From Octopus bimaculoides (Eukaryota), in assembly GCF_001194135.2 (NCBI RefSeq), contig NC_069002.1:36458074-36522073 (forward strand): DNA of 64,000 nucleotides, written 5' to 3'. Positions 25,496 to 38,400 of the stretch are shown in pieces; the stretch's first letter is position 1; each line of letters begins with the position of its first letter. The notes under the pieces were generated by a model. It saw nothing but the letters and a program-made list of their open reading frames with translations. It ran no database searches and had not been told where the DNA came from. A program made the translations under genes and the position numbers.

Positions 25496-26099
25496 AATAT
25501 AAATATATTGATATGAATACATATAAATGTATTTCTATATTTTAGTTAGTTATGTTCCGTCCAACCTGTCTTAGTATTCATGTATTTTGGTGTGAATGAA
25601 TATGTTATCAAGTCGTTTCAAGAGAATTGGAATATTGACAAGTTTTACTAGATCAAAGTTTTTCTTTTTTGGATTATTTTGTTAACAGGGGACTTCAGAA
25701 TGTGTGGATGTCTCTCCCAATACCTGGGGTAGACAAAAGGTTTGTCTTTTAGACATTTTTTTTTCTGAAAAATTTTCTTGTGTTTACATTTTATTCAGTA
25801 TGGCTTCTGCTAATAGAGGCACAGCAAGAGGTACTAATGAGAAAAGAAGTGGCACTGAATATGCTCCAAATAACAAAATAACTTTTGAACACATGAAAGT
25901 GAATTTAAAAAAAGGTAACCAAAAAAAAAAGACAATGAAATAAATAAATTCAGTTATAAACATTATCTGGTACTCAAAAACACAAATTTGCATGACATAA
26001 ACAGAAGTACAAACAACGAATACAACAACAATAACAGTAATGCAAACTTGTATGAATTTAACAAAAGTACTAACAACTCCTTTGCTATCATAACAAATC

Positions 26100-27350
26100 A
26101 TAGGGAAGTTTTAGACACAGGTCAAGTTCAGTCAACGAAAGTGGCATGGCAATGATAAGTTACAAAGAAGTGTGCTTCTTTGCCTGAGGGATTTATCCAA
26201 GAACAAGCAAAGAGGAAAGCCCTTCAGCTTTTGTAAAGCTTTCTGTTTTACAAAAGCTGGAGGAGATGACCACAATGCCCACATATTACCATATGCCCTC
26301 AAAGGAACAATTAATGGAAGCCCTTGACAATTTGTGGTATGATGTGTATTCCATTGATAGATGTTGGGTATATAAGGTATGTACCAAGTCTTCAAAAGTG
26401 AGGATAAAGTAAAATCCAGGTGAGGCTGGTGTGCTACACACTTGCAACTTGCAAATGGATGCTCAGCAAGAGATGTTGGTGGTGATATTAACCCTTGGCT
26501 TATCTTCTTTGTGTTTCTGACATATTACAGGCAGGTGGTGGGCACACAGGTGAGCACAGAATGATGTAGTTTGCATGACCATGCAAGTTCTAATGACCCC
26601 TGAAGATTTCACGATAATCTTGGAGCTGAATCCCATTGTCAGAGCTGAGAGAAGGGTAATAAGGCTGGTGGTGCAAAGCAGAAAGCATAGCTGCTTCATG
26701 TGTAGTGGCAGTGTGAGTTACAGGAGCTGGAAAGACAGTGAGAATGGACAACAGCAACAATAATTACAGGTTGCTTCTAGAATAGTACCAATTGCATCAC
26801 TAGTTGCAGCCTCAAAGAGAGTGGAAAAAAATCTCTTCATTTTCAATGCCAGAAACTGCTCACAGGAGATCCTTTCCTCCAGCCATGACCAATGGTGTCA
26901 CCCCATCATCTTGTAATAATGAGGAGGTGATAGAAGAGAGCCAGGGGTGGATAAATTTTGGGGACATTGGAAAACAAAAGACTTCCCCTGCCAAAAAAAA
27001 AAAAGTAAGCTCAAGCAGAAAGAGTGAGTCACATCTCTCATTGGGTTTGTATGCAGTTGACAATCCTTAGAAAAAAAACCCACCAAAGGACTGTTGGAGG
27101 ATTTGAATGCAATGCAGGAAGACATAGAAGATTAAATTGTAAACTGAAGCAGTGATGAGCTTTGTCTATGTGGAACATGCAAGCGATTAACTATTTCAGG
27201 TACCAGGAGAGGTGGCACCTTTTTTTTATACACTCCGAATCTTGAGTTGCTCACTGGCACCTTCAGGACTGATCATTTTGAGGATATATATGGATGTAGG
27301 GTACATGAAAAGAGGAGGTGGTCAGTATAAATGGATGCCCTTATCAAGTT
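26100..27350 (+). mobile_element. Possible degenerate LINE ORF1 (gag-like) remnant
   Basis: VIRLVVQSRKHSCFMC resembles a decayed zinc-knuckle context, followed by a basic low-complexity stretch; many stops; weak. Confidence 0.3.
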
Positions 27351-27939
27351 CTGATGATTGCTTTTTGCATGTGTGTGGGTTGGTTGCTATTATTTGTTTT
27401 GTGTTTTTATTTATATTCTTTTATTTATATCTATTTATATTTTTATATATATTTGTGTAAAGTTTTAAAAAAATCTTAATATATCCCGATATATTGTATG
27501 ACATCCTTGCCCACTTCTTGTCATCATTTTACACATCTTTCTAACCTTTTCGTTATGTGTTAATGTATGAACGAGCCTTGATGGCCTTACAAAACAAACA
27601 ATTATTATTACTATTATTGGATTAGCATAATCATTAGTGTTGGACAAAAACCTTGCAATAACAAAAAAATAATGGTAAGAGTGAGCCTTCCATGAATATC
27701 TCCTCGTGTATTTTCACATTTCCTAATGGTTGTGTATATTTTTGAGAGATTTTTCAGCCAGAATCTCTGAATACCATCTGGCTGGTTTAGGAGTTTTCCA
27801 ATTTAAATATCTCTTGCACTTTCTTTGTTTTCGTCCATCTTCCATTTCACTTTCAAATTTCCATAACCGGTCTGCTTCTAAATCATACTGAACTTCTTTG
27901 CTGCTGCTACTGCTTATTATTATTATTATTATTATTTTT

Positions 27940-28048
27940 AACTCAGGTTTTGTTGGAACTCCTGGAGTCTTGCATGCGTAGCAGACTTGCTACCTGCAGC
28001 CTATAGTACCATGCTACCTGTTCTTTTTAACTATCTGAAAATACTTTC

Positions 28049-28054
<6 letters not shown>
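27940..28054 (-). mobile_element. 5'-truncated Dong/R4-like copy between (TAA)n runs
   Basis: Similar to 24924-25035; final codons MRKVFSDS*; (TAA)n on both sides. Confidence 0.8.
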
Positions 28055-28116
<62 letters not shown>

Positions 28117-28604
28117 GGCAGTGGTGAGCTGGCAGAATCATTTGCATGATGGGCAAAATGCTTGGTGGCATTTTGTCTGTCTTTACATTTTGAGTTCAAA
28201 TTCTGCCAAGGTTGATTTCGCCTTTCATCCTTTTGGGGTGGATAAATATGTACCAGTTGAAAACTGAGGTTGATTTAATTGACTGAGCTCCTCCCCCAAA
28301 ATTACTGACTTTGTACCAAAATTATTATTCGAGCTGGCCTAAGGTGGTGCGCTGGCAGAATCGTTAGCACGGCAGGTGAAATGCTTAACTGTATTTTGGC
28401 CGTCACTACGTTCTGGGTTCAAATTCCGCCCAGGTCGACTTTGCCTTTCACCCTTTCAGAGTCGATAAATTAAGTACCAGTTGAGTACTGGGGTCGATGT
28501 AATCAACTATCCCCTCCCCCAAAATTTCTGGCCTTGTGCCTATAGTAGAAAGGATTATTATTATTATTATTATTATCATCATTGTTATTTAAATTAATTT
28601 TCAG

Positions 28605-28711
28605 AGTGGACTTAGTATCATTACTTCATTAGCCTGGAAAAACGATCATTTGGCTTTTGGTGATGTTGATGGTGTCTTATCAATCTGGGACCTCAAAGGA
28701 AGAATATCAAG
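28605..28711 (+). CDS. WDR11: WDR11 exon 18
   Basis: tttcag|SGLSIITSLAWKNDHLAFGDVDGVLSIWDLKGRIS-AG|gtttgt. Confidence 0.96.
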
Positions 28712-30528
28712 GTTTGTTTCATGAAATTTGTACTCTATTTTATTATCAAGATCTTTTTCTCTCAGTAATCACCACAGACTTGTTGATGCTTACCCCTGAG
28801 GTCAACTCTAATCCAATAAAAAAAGTTATAGAAAGCATTTCTTTCATTTGTAACATACTTTCTGTTTTTTTGTTTTTGTTTTCTAAATGTAGTGTATGGG
28901 TGGGGGTGTTGCAAAGTTCCTGGCTTTAAGGGTATCGTGAAAGGCCTGGTTGGAAGCCCAACCTTCCAAGTTCTTTTACTGGGCTTAGAATAACTGAAGG
29001 AATGCTGCAATGAGTGAATTTGGGAGGGGAATATGTTGGATAAACTGATCCTCCTGTATTTTCTTTTACCCAAAGCCAGAAACCTTTCAGCACTCTCTTG
29101 TGTCTAACACTATATCAACTCTCCTGTTACTTTTCTCAAGATGATAATTTATGATTTGAGAGTGATTTAGCTGCTATTTTTTTGCAGATTGAGTGGCTAC
29201 ATATCTCCCTTCGGTCACATATCTGTTATTCACTGCATCCAACTTAATCCCTGTCTCTCACACTGTCTTCACTCTTGTACACTTACCCACTGTCCTGTCC
29301 TCTATCTCATATCCACTCGTATCTCTCTCTCTCTCTTTCCAGGTGAGCAAGCCATTATACTCACCACTTCAGCAAGACACTTGCTTCTGTCCCTCTATGT
29401 TACTTTCATATTCCTGAATGCTATACCCCACTCATTTAAGGGGGTCTTGTCTTGTGGGTACTTGGTGGCTTCACTCGTGTTGCCACCATGAAAAAAGCAC
29501 CCAGTAACACTCAGTGAAGTGGCTGACATTCTGGAGGGTATCTGACTGTAGAAACAATGCCAAAGCAGACATTGGAGCTTGGTGCAACCCTTGCTGATCT
29601 GTTTGTGTCAAACTGTCCAACTCATGCCACTAAACAAAAGAGGACATTAAATCATCACCATCGTTTTACATCCTCTTTCCATGCTGGCATGGGTTAGACA
29701 CTTTGACTGGAACTGGTAAGCCGAAGAGCTGCGCCAGGTTCCAGTCTGATCTGGCATGGTTTCTACAGCTGGATGCCTTCCCCAATGCCTACCACTCCAG
29801 GAATATAATGAGTGCTTTTTATGTGCCACTGGTATGGGTGCCATGTGCACGACACCGGCAGTGGCCACGATTACAATTTCACAGGTGCCATTTATGACAC
29901 TGGCAACGGCCATGACTACGACTCCACTTGGTTTGACAAGTCTCAAGCACAGCATATCTCCAAAGGTCTGATGATAATAATAGGACAAATAATGTATAAT
30001 GTTTGTCTGTTGTTGTTGACAATGACCAAGAACACCATGGGAGGAGAAGATGGGTCATGGTGTGTCTGGCTGTGGTCGATCTGGCCAATATGTGCTCAGA
30101 AGGTTCTGCCACAGGGTGGGCACTACCTGTGGTCTGCTGAGAATGGAGGGAAGGAGTTGGCTCAGGACTTGTGCAGCTTTTTTCTCTTTGTGCTCCTGCG
30201 ATTTTATTCTGTTTACAGGAGGTGGCCCCTCTTGATCTGCCAAGCATTTACATGCTGCTAAGGAGAGCACGAGAGCTCACATCTGACAGGCAGGTCATTT
30301 CATTCGTATGTCTGACACACACGGGGACCCAAAAGACTGTTTTACAATGAATTGGCAGAGTGTACTGGGTAGGTTTTACATGGCATCAGCACTGGTGAGG
30401 TCTGTTTCGGCATGGTTTTTACAGCTGGATGCCCTTCCTAATACCAACCACTTTACAGATGAATATTTATTGAGAATGTATACTCACACACAGGAAGAAT
30501 TTAAAATTTTTTGTGTACATCTTTCCAG

Positions 30529-30649
30529 AACCATATCCACCCACAGATCAGCAATTAAAAAGATACGCTTTGGACCAGGGAAAGCAAATTTGAAATTCTT
30601 CCTCAAGTATAATGATGGCTTAGATATATACGAGATAAAAAGTCAAAAG
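30529..30649 (+). CDS. WDR11: WDR11 exon 19
   Basis: ttccag|(R)TISTHRSAIKKIRFGPGKANLKFFLKYNDGLDIYEIKSQK|gtaaga. Confidence 0.96.
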
Positions 30650-30969
30650 GTAAGAGAAACAACTTTAACCCATTTTGTTAATGACAGTGTTTTTTTATAA
30701 TTATATATTGTTTCTGTAAATATGAATGAGTTAAGTGTCTTTAATGCTCACGGGTCCTATGACCTACAAATGTACAGCTGACTTACAAGCTATGCATGAC
30801 CTACATTTCTTAGAAATTAGAAATCTTCAGAGAAAGGGTACCCTACTTCACCAGTATGCACTAGTACAGTAGATGCACTACATCACACACACACATAAAT
30901 GTATATGTATATCTATCTGTCCATCCATCCATCCATCCATCCAATTTTTGGTGCCAGATGTTCTAGGCA

Positions 30970-31000
<31 letters not shown>

Positions 31001-31225
31001 GTATATGTATATATATACACACACACATATACATATATCTGCCAAATGAGCAAAAGGACTACTTTTACTTTTGCTGCCTTATGTGTCTCACAATGAAGGA
31101 AGACCCAAATCTACATCTAAGACCACACACACACACACACACTAAGAAAACCAACAAAGTTAAAATGAAAGAGTCTAGGTGATACTTTATTATCATTATT
31201 GTTGTAATTGTTGTTTCTGTTTCAG

Positions 31226-31394
31226 GAAGAACTGATCGTTTCTTATAAGTGTTCCAAAGATGTTCCCAAAATCATTGATGCTGAATGGGGTCAGTCTGAC
31301 AAGCCAGTTGTCTTGATGTCTGATGGCTATATCAGAGTGTTTGATCTTACTATGAAGAAGGCCTCCTCTCACATGATGGACTGGGATTTAGAAG
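31226..31394 (+). CDS. WDR11: WDR11 exon 20
   Basis: tttcag|EELIVSYKCSKDVPKIIDAEWGQSDKPVVLMSDGYIRVFDLTMKKASSHMMDWDLE-G|gtatcc. Confidence 0.95.
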
Positions 31395-31736
31395 GTATCC
31401 CTTTAGTCTTTCAATGTTTCCAGTCAGTGGTGGACTGTTGCACCACTTCATTATACTAGCCCTTGCACATATTACTGTATTGAACACACACACACACACA
31501 CACACATAACAAATCAGAGAAATGGCAAATGGAATTCACAAGAATCTTTATTCATCACAATGATTGTCTCAACCCATCGTGCATTACTTCCTTGCAATTT
31601 GGTTATGGTGCATTCTTCAGTGCAGATGTGTGTCTCATTAGGTTTCCTTTTCAGAAAGAAGATACCTTTGCTCAATATAATCAGTTTCACTTGATTCAGT
31701 TATACAGCATGTTGTTATTGCCAGTAGGTTCTCTCT

Positions 31737-31772
<36 letters not shown>

Positions 31773-32295
31773 ATTTAGCAGTATTGAAAGGTTGTATATG
31801 TTTTATATTACCAACCCTTATCTGGTTTCCAAGTAAGAGTTTTTTCTTTTATTCCACAAATGTTCAAAGTGCAAAAATGTAAGCATGAAGATGCATTATG
31901 AACACACATTCATTTTATGATTGTTTCTCCATGCTTGCATAGGTTGAACAAATGTCATTTGAGGCATTGTTTTGCAGCCAAATGTTTTTCCTAATGCTAA
32001 CCTTTGCCTCTTTTTCAAGTAAGGGATCTCTTATTCCACATTGCTTTAAAGCCATGAAGAAGCTTGACCATTTTGCTGACAGAAGAAACTGACAACAAAA
32101 CTGCCCACAAACAAATACACAAGGACACATGCAATGACACACACACACACACACATTCTCATTTAACATCCCTTTTTCCATGGTGGCATGTTTTATATAT
32201 ATATATATATATATGTGTGCGTGTGTATACACATGCACACATACATGCATGCACAAACACGCATACACATGATTAAAAATTTTTTTTTTTTTTAG

Positions 32296-32464
32296 AGAAA
32301 ATATTTTGCCCTTCCTTCCTACCTTCTCCTGGATCTTTATTGATGAAAACATTTCTACAACATCAACCGTGGAATGAAAAATATACGTTTGAGCTGTCTG
32401 GTATGAGGGATGAGGAGCAAGAAATTCAGACTGCTGTCAATAAACAACTAAAACTTATTAACAG
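32296..32464 (+). CDS. WDR11: WDR11 exon 21
   Basis: ttttag|(E)KIFCPSFLPSPGSLLMKTFLQHQPWNEKYTFELSGMRDEEQEIQTAVNKQLKLIN-AG|gtaatc. Confidence 0.95.
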
Positions 32465-32745
32465 GTAATCATCATCGTTTAACGTCCACTTTCCATGCTA
32501 GCATGGGTTGGACGAAATAATGTTCTTTCTTTCTCTTGTCTATAATTTTATAGGAGAGTAATGGGGTGATTGGTGATTTTCTTTCACCTCAGGTCAGCAT
32601 TGGTCAAACAGACATATGATTAAAGGCATTCTAAAAGTAATTGTAATGTTAATGATGGTGGTAATAATGAGATTAACAACAATAATAATGTTTAGAAAAT
32701 TACTATTTTTAAATCTCACAACGTGAGATATTCAGCGACAATATT

Positions 32746-33158
32746 TTGGAGTAAAGATTGTTTGCCAACATAACATGGCAGTCCTGGTTTAGGACGAATG
32801 TTACTGTAATTTAGCCCCAGGAAACATCATCTCCAACTGGCTATAAAGTAATTTTCTCATTTATTGATCAATGACTAGTTGTCACTTTGAAAACTATATT
32901 TTTTGAATGGGAATTTGGCAGCGCCACCTCTAGCTGAGCAATTATTCTGTGCCGATGAAGGGAAATAATCCAGAAGTTGTGATACACAGATATTGTTTTG
33001 AACTGAGTGGGGGTGCTAGATTCCCTTGTTTGAAAATATAAGGACACAAATCATGTCGTATAGCCAGCTGGAGACAATGTCTCCTGGGGCTAAATTACAG
33101 CAACATTCATCCTAAACCAGGACTGCCATGTTATATTGGCAAACAATCTTTACTCCAA
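32746..33158. mobile_element. Foldback/MITE with 100-bp terminal inverted repeats
   Basis: 32746-32845 and 33059-33158 are imperfect reverse complements; 213-bp spacer; no clear TSD. Confidence 0.85.
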
Positions 33159-33828
33159 TAATAATGATGATAATGATAGTGTGAGGGTGCATGGCTGTGG
33201 TTTGGGTGTTCGACTCATGAGTATAAGATTGTGGTTTCGATTCTTGGACTGAGCAATGTGTTGTGTTCTTGGAGGTGGCCAGCTGACAGAATCATGAGGA
33301 ACAAAAGGTTTAGTGGCATTTTGTCCATCTTCGCATTCTGAGTTCAAATTCTTCTGAGGTCGACTTTGCTTTCATCCCTTTGGGGTCGATGAAAAAAGTA
33401 CCAGTTGAACCCTGGAATCGATTTAATTGATTTGCCCCTCCCCCTAAATAGCTGGCCTTGTGCCAAAATTTGAAAGTAACGAAAGAATAATGAGAATGAT
33501 AATGAAGGATGTTAATGAGGTGAATAATGATGATGGTAATGACTGCTAATAATAATGGTAATAACTGGTAATAATTATGATAATGATAATGGTAATATTG
33601 GTAATGACTGCAACAACAATGGTAACAGTGGTGGTAGGGACAGTGGCAGTGGTGGTGATGACAGCGGCAGTGGTGGTGATGACAGCGTTAATAAAGGTGG
33701 TAACGATCCTGGTAATAAGGATGTTAATGAAGATGACAGTGATGATGATGATGATGATGATAATGACCATTGGTAATAATAATTATCAATTGTAAAGACA
33801 ATGTTCTTATTTTCTCTCCACCGTTCAG

Positions 33829-33894
33829 TGACTTGATGACTTACCTTCCTTCTTCAAAGTTCGGTGTAGCTCAACGTTGTCTTTTCGTTGCCAA
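33829..33894 (+). CDS. WDR11: WDR11 exon 22
   Basis: gttcag|(S)DLMTYLPSSKFGVAQRCLFVA-AA|gtaagt. Confidence 0.93.
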
Positions 33895-34373
33895 GTAAGT
33901 TACTTTTTCTCCTTTCACTTCTCTTCATTTCACTATATTGTATTTCCTTTATTGTAAATGAGAAAAAATATAGTATTTCAACCATTCATTCATCCATTCG
34001 ATATCAGGCAAATGCTAGTGCCAGTCATATTGGTTTACCTTATCTATATAAAAGGCCAAATCAAGCCAAAATCATGTGATCTGGTTGTCCGAGTGGCATA
34101 CGTCTTCATGTTCTGAGTTCAAATTCTGCCGAAATTGACTTTGCCTTTCATCCTTTCGGGGTCAATAAAATAAGTACCAGTAATCGATTTACACCTCACC
34201 TGAAATTGCAGGCCTTGTACCAAAATTTTAAATCAATATGTTGTATAAATTATTTATATAATATGTTATTGAAAGCATTTAAAGATTTTCATATGCTGTA
34301 TAAACTATTTAAATATTTATAATATGTTGTATAAACTATTTGGAAGTTATAATGTTTTATATATTATTTAAAG

Positions 34374-34458
34374 GTTATTTGGTGATGAAGCTGAACTTCA
34401 CTTTTGGACCGTTGCACTCCACTATATTAGATCTGAGAAAATATCTCCCATGAGTAAG
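34374..34458 (+). CDS. WDR11: WDR11 exon 23
   Basis: ttaaag|(K)LFGDEAELHFWTVALHYIRSEKISPMSK|gtaggt. Confidence 0.95.
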
Positions 34459-35277
34459 GTAGGTTACCAATGGGGCTTATTTGATGAACTAATCTTTTAC
34501 TCTACATCACTCAAATATTTACTTAATGTTACATATATGGTTACTCAATATATAAAACAAAGAGAGACGACAAAGAAATAAATGAACTTCATTATCTTAT
34601 AACTGTTTCTGCTATAAGATGTAGTTGACACCTTATAGCTTTATCAGAGCCTTGAGCTATAAGGTGTTATTCAGCAAACACTTCTTTCTGAAACATACAT
34701 GTATTGAGTTCTACATTGGGTTATTGGTATTGAAATACATATATATATTTATATATATATATGTAACAGAGTTAATAGTGAGGGGTTATCAATCTGGGCA
34801 AAATACTTCATACGATCTCTGTTGGCCCCCAGGCTAACAATATTGTTTAGATTCGTGAAGTACTCCGAGTATTCTTATGGCAGGATTCAAGGTTATGGTT
34901 CATCACCATTCTACATTATAAATCCATGGTTGGGCTCCAGTCAAACTGGTTTTTACACAAAGTGATATATAAGAAAAGATGTGTGTATATATATATATAT
35001 ATATACATGCACACACACACACACACACATATTAAGTCAGAAAAATTGATTGTAGGTATGACGTTTTAGTGATGTTCATCTCTACACACTCATTCACACT
35101 CATTCACACCTTACCATGCTAGCTTCTACTTTACTGTAACTTCTCTTCTTGTCTCCACATAAGTGACATTTCTCCTTCTCTATACTGATAAACCTTGTGT
35201 CGTTAGAGCTTACAAATGATTATCAGACGATTCAATTACTTGTTTAATTAATGTAAAAATATTTTTCTAAAATACAG

Positions 35278-35472
35278 AATGTTAGCCGCAGCATATCCGA
35301 GGGAATGATCGGAGATCTATTTGTTCCCTTGGGTCCTAACAACAAAGAGGTCCATGACTTGGTAGTCTTTGATAATCCAAAACAAAACAACAATAACATT
35401 TTGATTCAGCAATTCAGGGATGAACCCTTGGAGAAATGCTATGATGTCCTCCAAGACAGCGCTACGTTTCAG
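35278..35472 (+). CDS. WDR11: WDR11 exon 24
   Basis: atacag|NVSRSISEGMIGDLFVP...EPLEKCYDVLQDSATFQ|gtaagt; the end resembles human PLDICYDVLCENAYFQ. Confidence 0.92.
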
Positions 35473-36157
35473 GTAAGTTGACATGCAGGTGCTTTCTTCA
35501 TTGAAGTGGATACGTGTGTGTGGAGTGGATGTATGCACGTGTGTGTGCATGCACGTGTGTGTGCATGCACGTGTGTGTGTGTGTGTGTTGTCTCTGGATT
35601 ATTCGTAGTGTTTCGTAAATTGTCATATTTTATGGTAAGGGCAGTGGATTAACAGAATCAGTAGAGCATCCATTGAAATTCCTTTCCCTATGACCTCTTA
35701 CATTCCAGGGAAATAGACATTGCTTTTATTTTTCCAGTGCTTGACAAAATAATGTACCAGTGATGTACTGGGATCAGTTTAATTGGTTGTACACTGTCTT
35801 AACAAAATTTGTGTTTCAATGGCTGTGTTGGAAATCAATAATAATTACAGAAAATTTTGCTTAACCTGTCTGCATTTAAACTGGCCATATCTGGCCCAAA
35901 TATTCTACGTATTTCTCATTCAAAGTGGCCAGCTCCATCCAGCCTCTCACACCTACCCTACAATGTCATTCTAAAAATAAGCAGTCACATCATTGAAACC
36001 TTAAAACTACTTTTAACCTGGCTACTCTCACATGTACCTGGACTGGTTACATCTGGCTACTTCTGTCCAGGTTACCTCTGGTCTACTTAGACCAAACCTG
36101 ACAGGTTTTACTCATACATCATACAATTAAAATGATTTTTCTTTTTGTAATTTCCAG

Positions 36158-36324
36158 AAATACCAACTTGATCGAATTGCCCTGCATGATAGCAAGAGGG
36201 CCACATATGAAAATACCAAAAAATGTGCTGAGAACTACATGCTGTTGGGACAGACTGACCGTGCTGTCCAGTTGCTATTGGAAACTGAAGCTGATAATGA
36301 TAACTATTATGTGGATAGTCTAAG
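36158..36324 (+). CDS. WDR11: WDR11 exon 25
   Basis: ttccag|KYQLDRIALHDSKRATYENTKKCAENYMLLGQTDRAVQLLLETEADNDNYYVDSL-AG|gtaaca. Confidence 0.97.
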
Positions 36325-36865
36325 GTAACAGTTAACTCTTTTGCTGGTTTCAGCCATGCTGGGCATTGCTTTCAGCATTTCCAGTTGACCATATTGACCC
36401 CTATATTTCAGGCAGTTGTAAGCAGTGGACACACACACACACACACACACAATGGGCTTTTTTTAGCTTCCGTCTACCAAATCCACTTACAAGGATTTAA
36501 TCAGCCTAAGTCTATAGTAGAAGACTCTTGCTCAAGGTGCCACGCTGTGAAACTGAACCAGGAACCATGTGGTTGCACTGCAAACTTCTTACCACACAGC
36601 CACACCTGCACCAAAATTTCATTTCATTTTCATTTTATCTAGTGTCAGCTCATGAGCTGTGGCCATGCTAGGGCACCGCCATTTATGTCAACAATTCATT
36701 TAAATTAAAAAATTTTTTTTGCATCAAATTCTTTAGGGAGTAATCTCCAGATTGCTTCCTAACATTAGTACAAGACCACAGGCATTGTTGATTAAGTTGA
36801 TCCTCAACACTAAGCTGATACAATAAACACCATTATAATTCCTATGTTAACTTCTACTGTTGCAG

Positions 36866-36960
36866 AGCATGTCTTGTTGCCAGCATCCGGTCATCAGGAG
36901 CCAGTCAAAGTACCATCAAACTGGTGGCTACTAATTTGATTGCTAATGGAAAACTATCAG
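36866..36960 (+). CDS. WDR11: WDR11 exon 26
   Basis: ttgcag|(R)ACLVASIRSSGASQSTIKLVATNLIANGKLS-G|gttaat. Confidence 0.97.
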
Positions 36961-37667
36961 GTTAATTACATTTTTTGAACATTTTTTTAGTCAGTTTTAA
37001 TGTTAAATTTGATTATTTATTTTAAAATTTGTTTGTTTAATTAAAATCTGATTATTTAATCAAAATCTGATTATTTAATCAAAATTTGATTATTTAATTT
37101 TAAAAATTTGATTTAAAAAAAATAAAATCTGATATTTACTGAAATTTATTTGTATAAATATGCAATATAATAATTTCACTTGGAATTTCTGCAATCCATC
37201 CATTTTCTCATTTGTTCATAACTATTTTGTGGCCAGCAGCAGCAGTTTTGAACCTTTGGAATATATTAATTTTCTTGTTATGTATGAACTGAAGTGTTTA
37301 CTCTGCATTATCTCTGCAGCTTTTCTCTTAAGGTTTGAGCATTGAAGTGTCTGAACTCTAAAACCTCAAACATTAATTTCTTGTCCTCTGCAAATCTTGT
37401 TTTTTCTATCAACTTTTCAGTGACTTATATGACTGCTTTCACTATCTTTACCCTTCTTTTTATCCCCCTTTCCTCCACCACCATCCTGCGCAATCTTTCT
37501 CCCTTTTCTCCCCCCCCCCCCCCNNNNNNNNNNTTTTCCTTCTTTCTTTCTTTCTGTGTCTAGTTGGCCTTGAATATTTAAGGACCTGGGGCAAGTGATG
37601 GTTCAGGGTTGGAGTAATATTCGATCTGTGGCTGATAATTTGGAATTAATTGTCTGTTATTTTGCAG

Positions 37668-37765
37668 AGGGAATCCAACTGCTGTGTTTAATAGACAAAG
37701 GTCTTGATGCCTGCCGTTATTTGCAGACCTATGGTCACTGGGATGAAGCAGTGTGGTTAGCCAAG
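37668..37765 (+). CDS. WDR11: WDR11 exon 27
   Basis: ttgcag|(E)GIQLLCLIDKGLDACRYLQTYGHWDEAVWLAK|gtatct. Confidence 0.97.
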
Positions 37766-38039
37766 GTATCTTTTATGTTTATGTATTTTTATTCACTCAC
37801 AGGTCAACTCTGATCACCAGCATTCCAACCATGGCCATCCCTTTTTTTTGTTACCCCTTTAGCATTTAGATTACTCTTTCAAATGCTTATTTATTCACAT
37901 TGTTTTGAATTAATTATGGATTATGTTGTAGCCTCAAGATTTTGATGATGAGATTGTTTAATTTTAAAATGACATTGTAGAGTAGGTTATTTCTCTTCAT
38001 TGGCACCGGATGCATAAATGGCTAACTTTGATGCTTCCA

Positions 38040-38400
38040 GCTCAGGCTGGTGCTGGCTGCACACAGCGGCCAGATAGTCACATCCGTCTTTGCCCGATCT
38101 TCTTGCTAACTTTTAGCACGTCTCCATAAAGGCATTCGTTTGTCATATGTTGCTGCCATTTCACATTTAGGGTCATTCATCACATCCTTGTGTAGCAGAC
38201 ATCCAACCCAAATTAGACTTGTGGAGTCCACTTTATGGTGATGTAAGGAGAGAAAACATTGCCACACATCATCAACTTGATTGCAGACACTGGCCTGGAA
38301 TGTACCCAGGACCTCAAGGCAGTGATGTTGGACTGGGAGGTGTGATGGGTAGATTTTGTTGCTGTGGCCCAGGCTGGAACCCGGCCATAAGAAGAAGATA
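38040..38400 (+). mobile_element. RTE-clade LINE 3' end
   Basis: LDLWSP...INLIADTGLECTQDLKAVMLDWEV.W followed by an (AAG)n tail. Confidence 0.65.

Noticed and set aside
32915-32940. CTCF-like motif in the foldback spacer
   Set aside because: Only the AGGTGGCGC core matches; too partial to call a site
33546-33795. G/N/D-rich 73-aa ORF
   Set aside because: Mosaic of GGT/AAT/GAT trinucleotide repeats open in several frames, intronic, with no splice support
37045-37100. 19-bp tandem repeat ttaatcaaaatctgattat (about 3-4 copies)
   Set aside because: Ordinary short AT-rich intronic duplication
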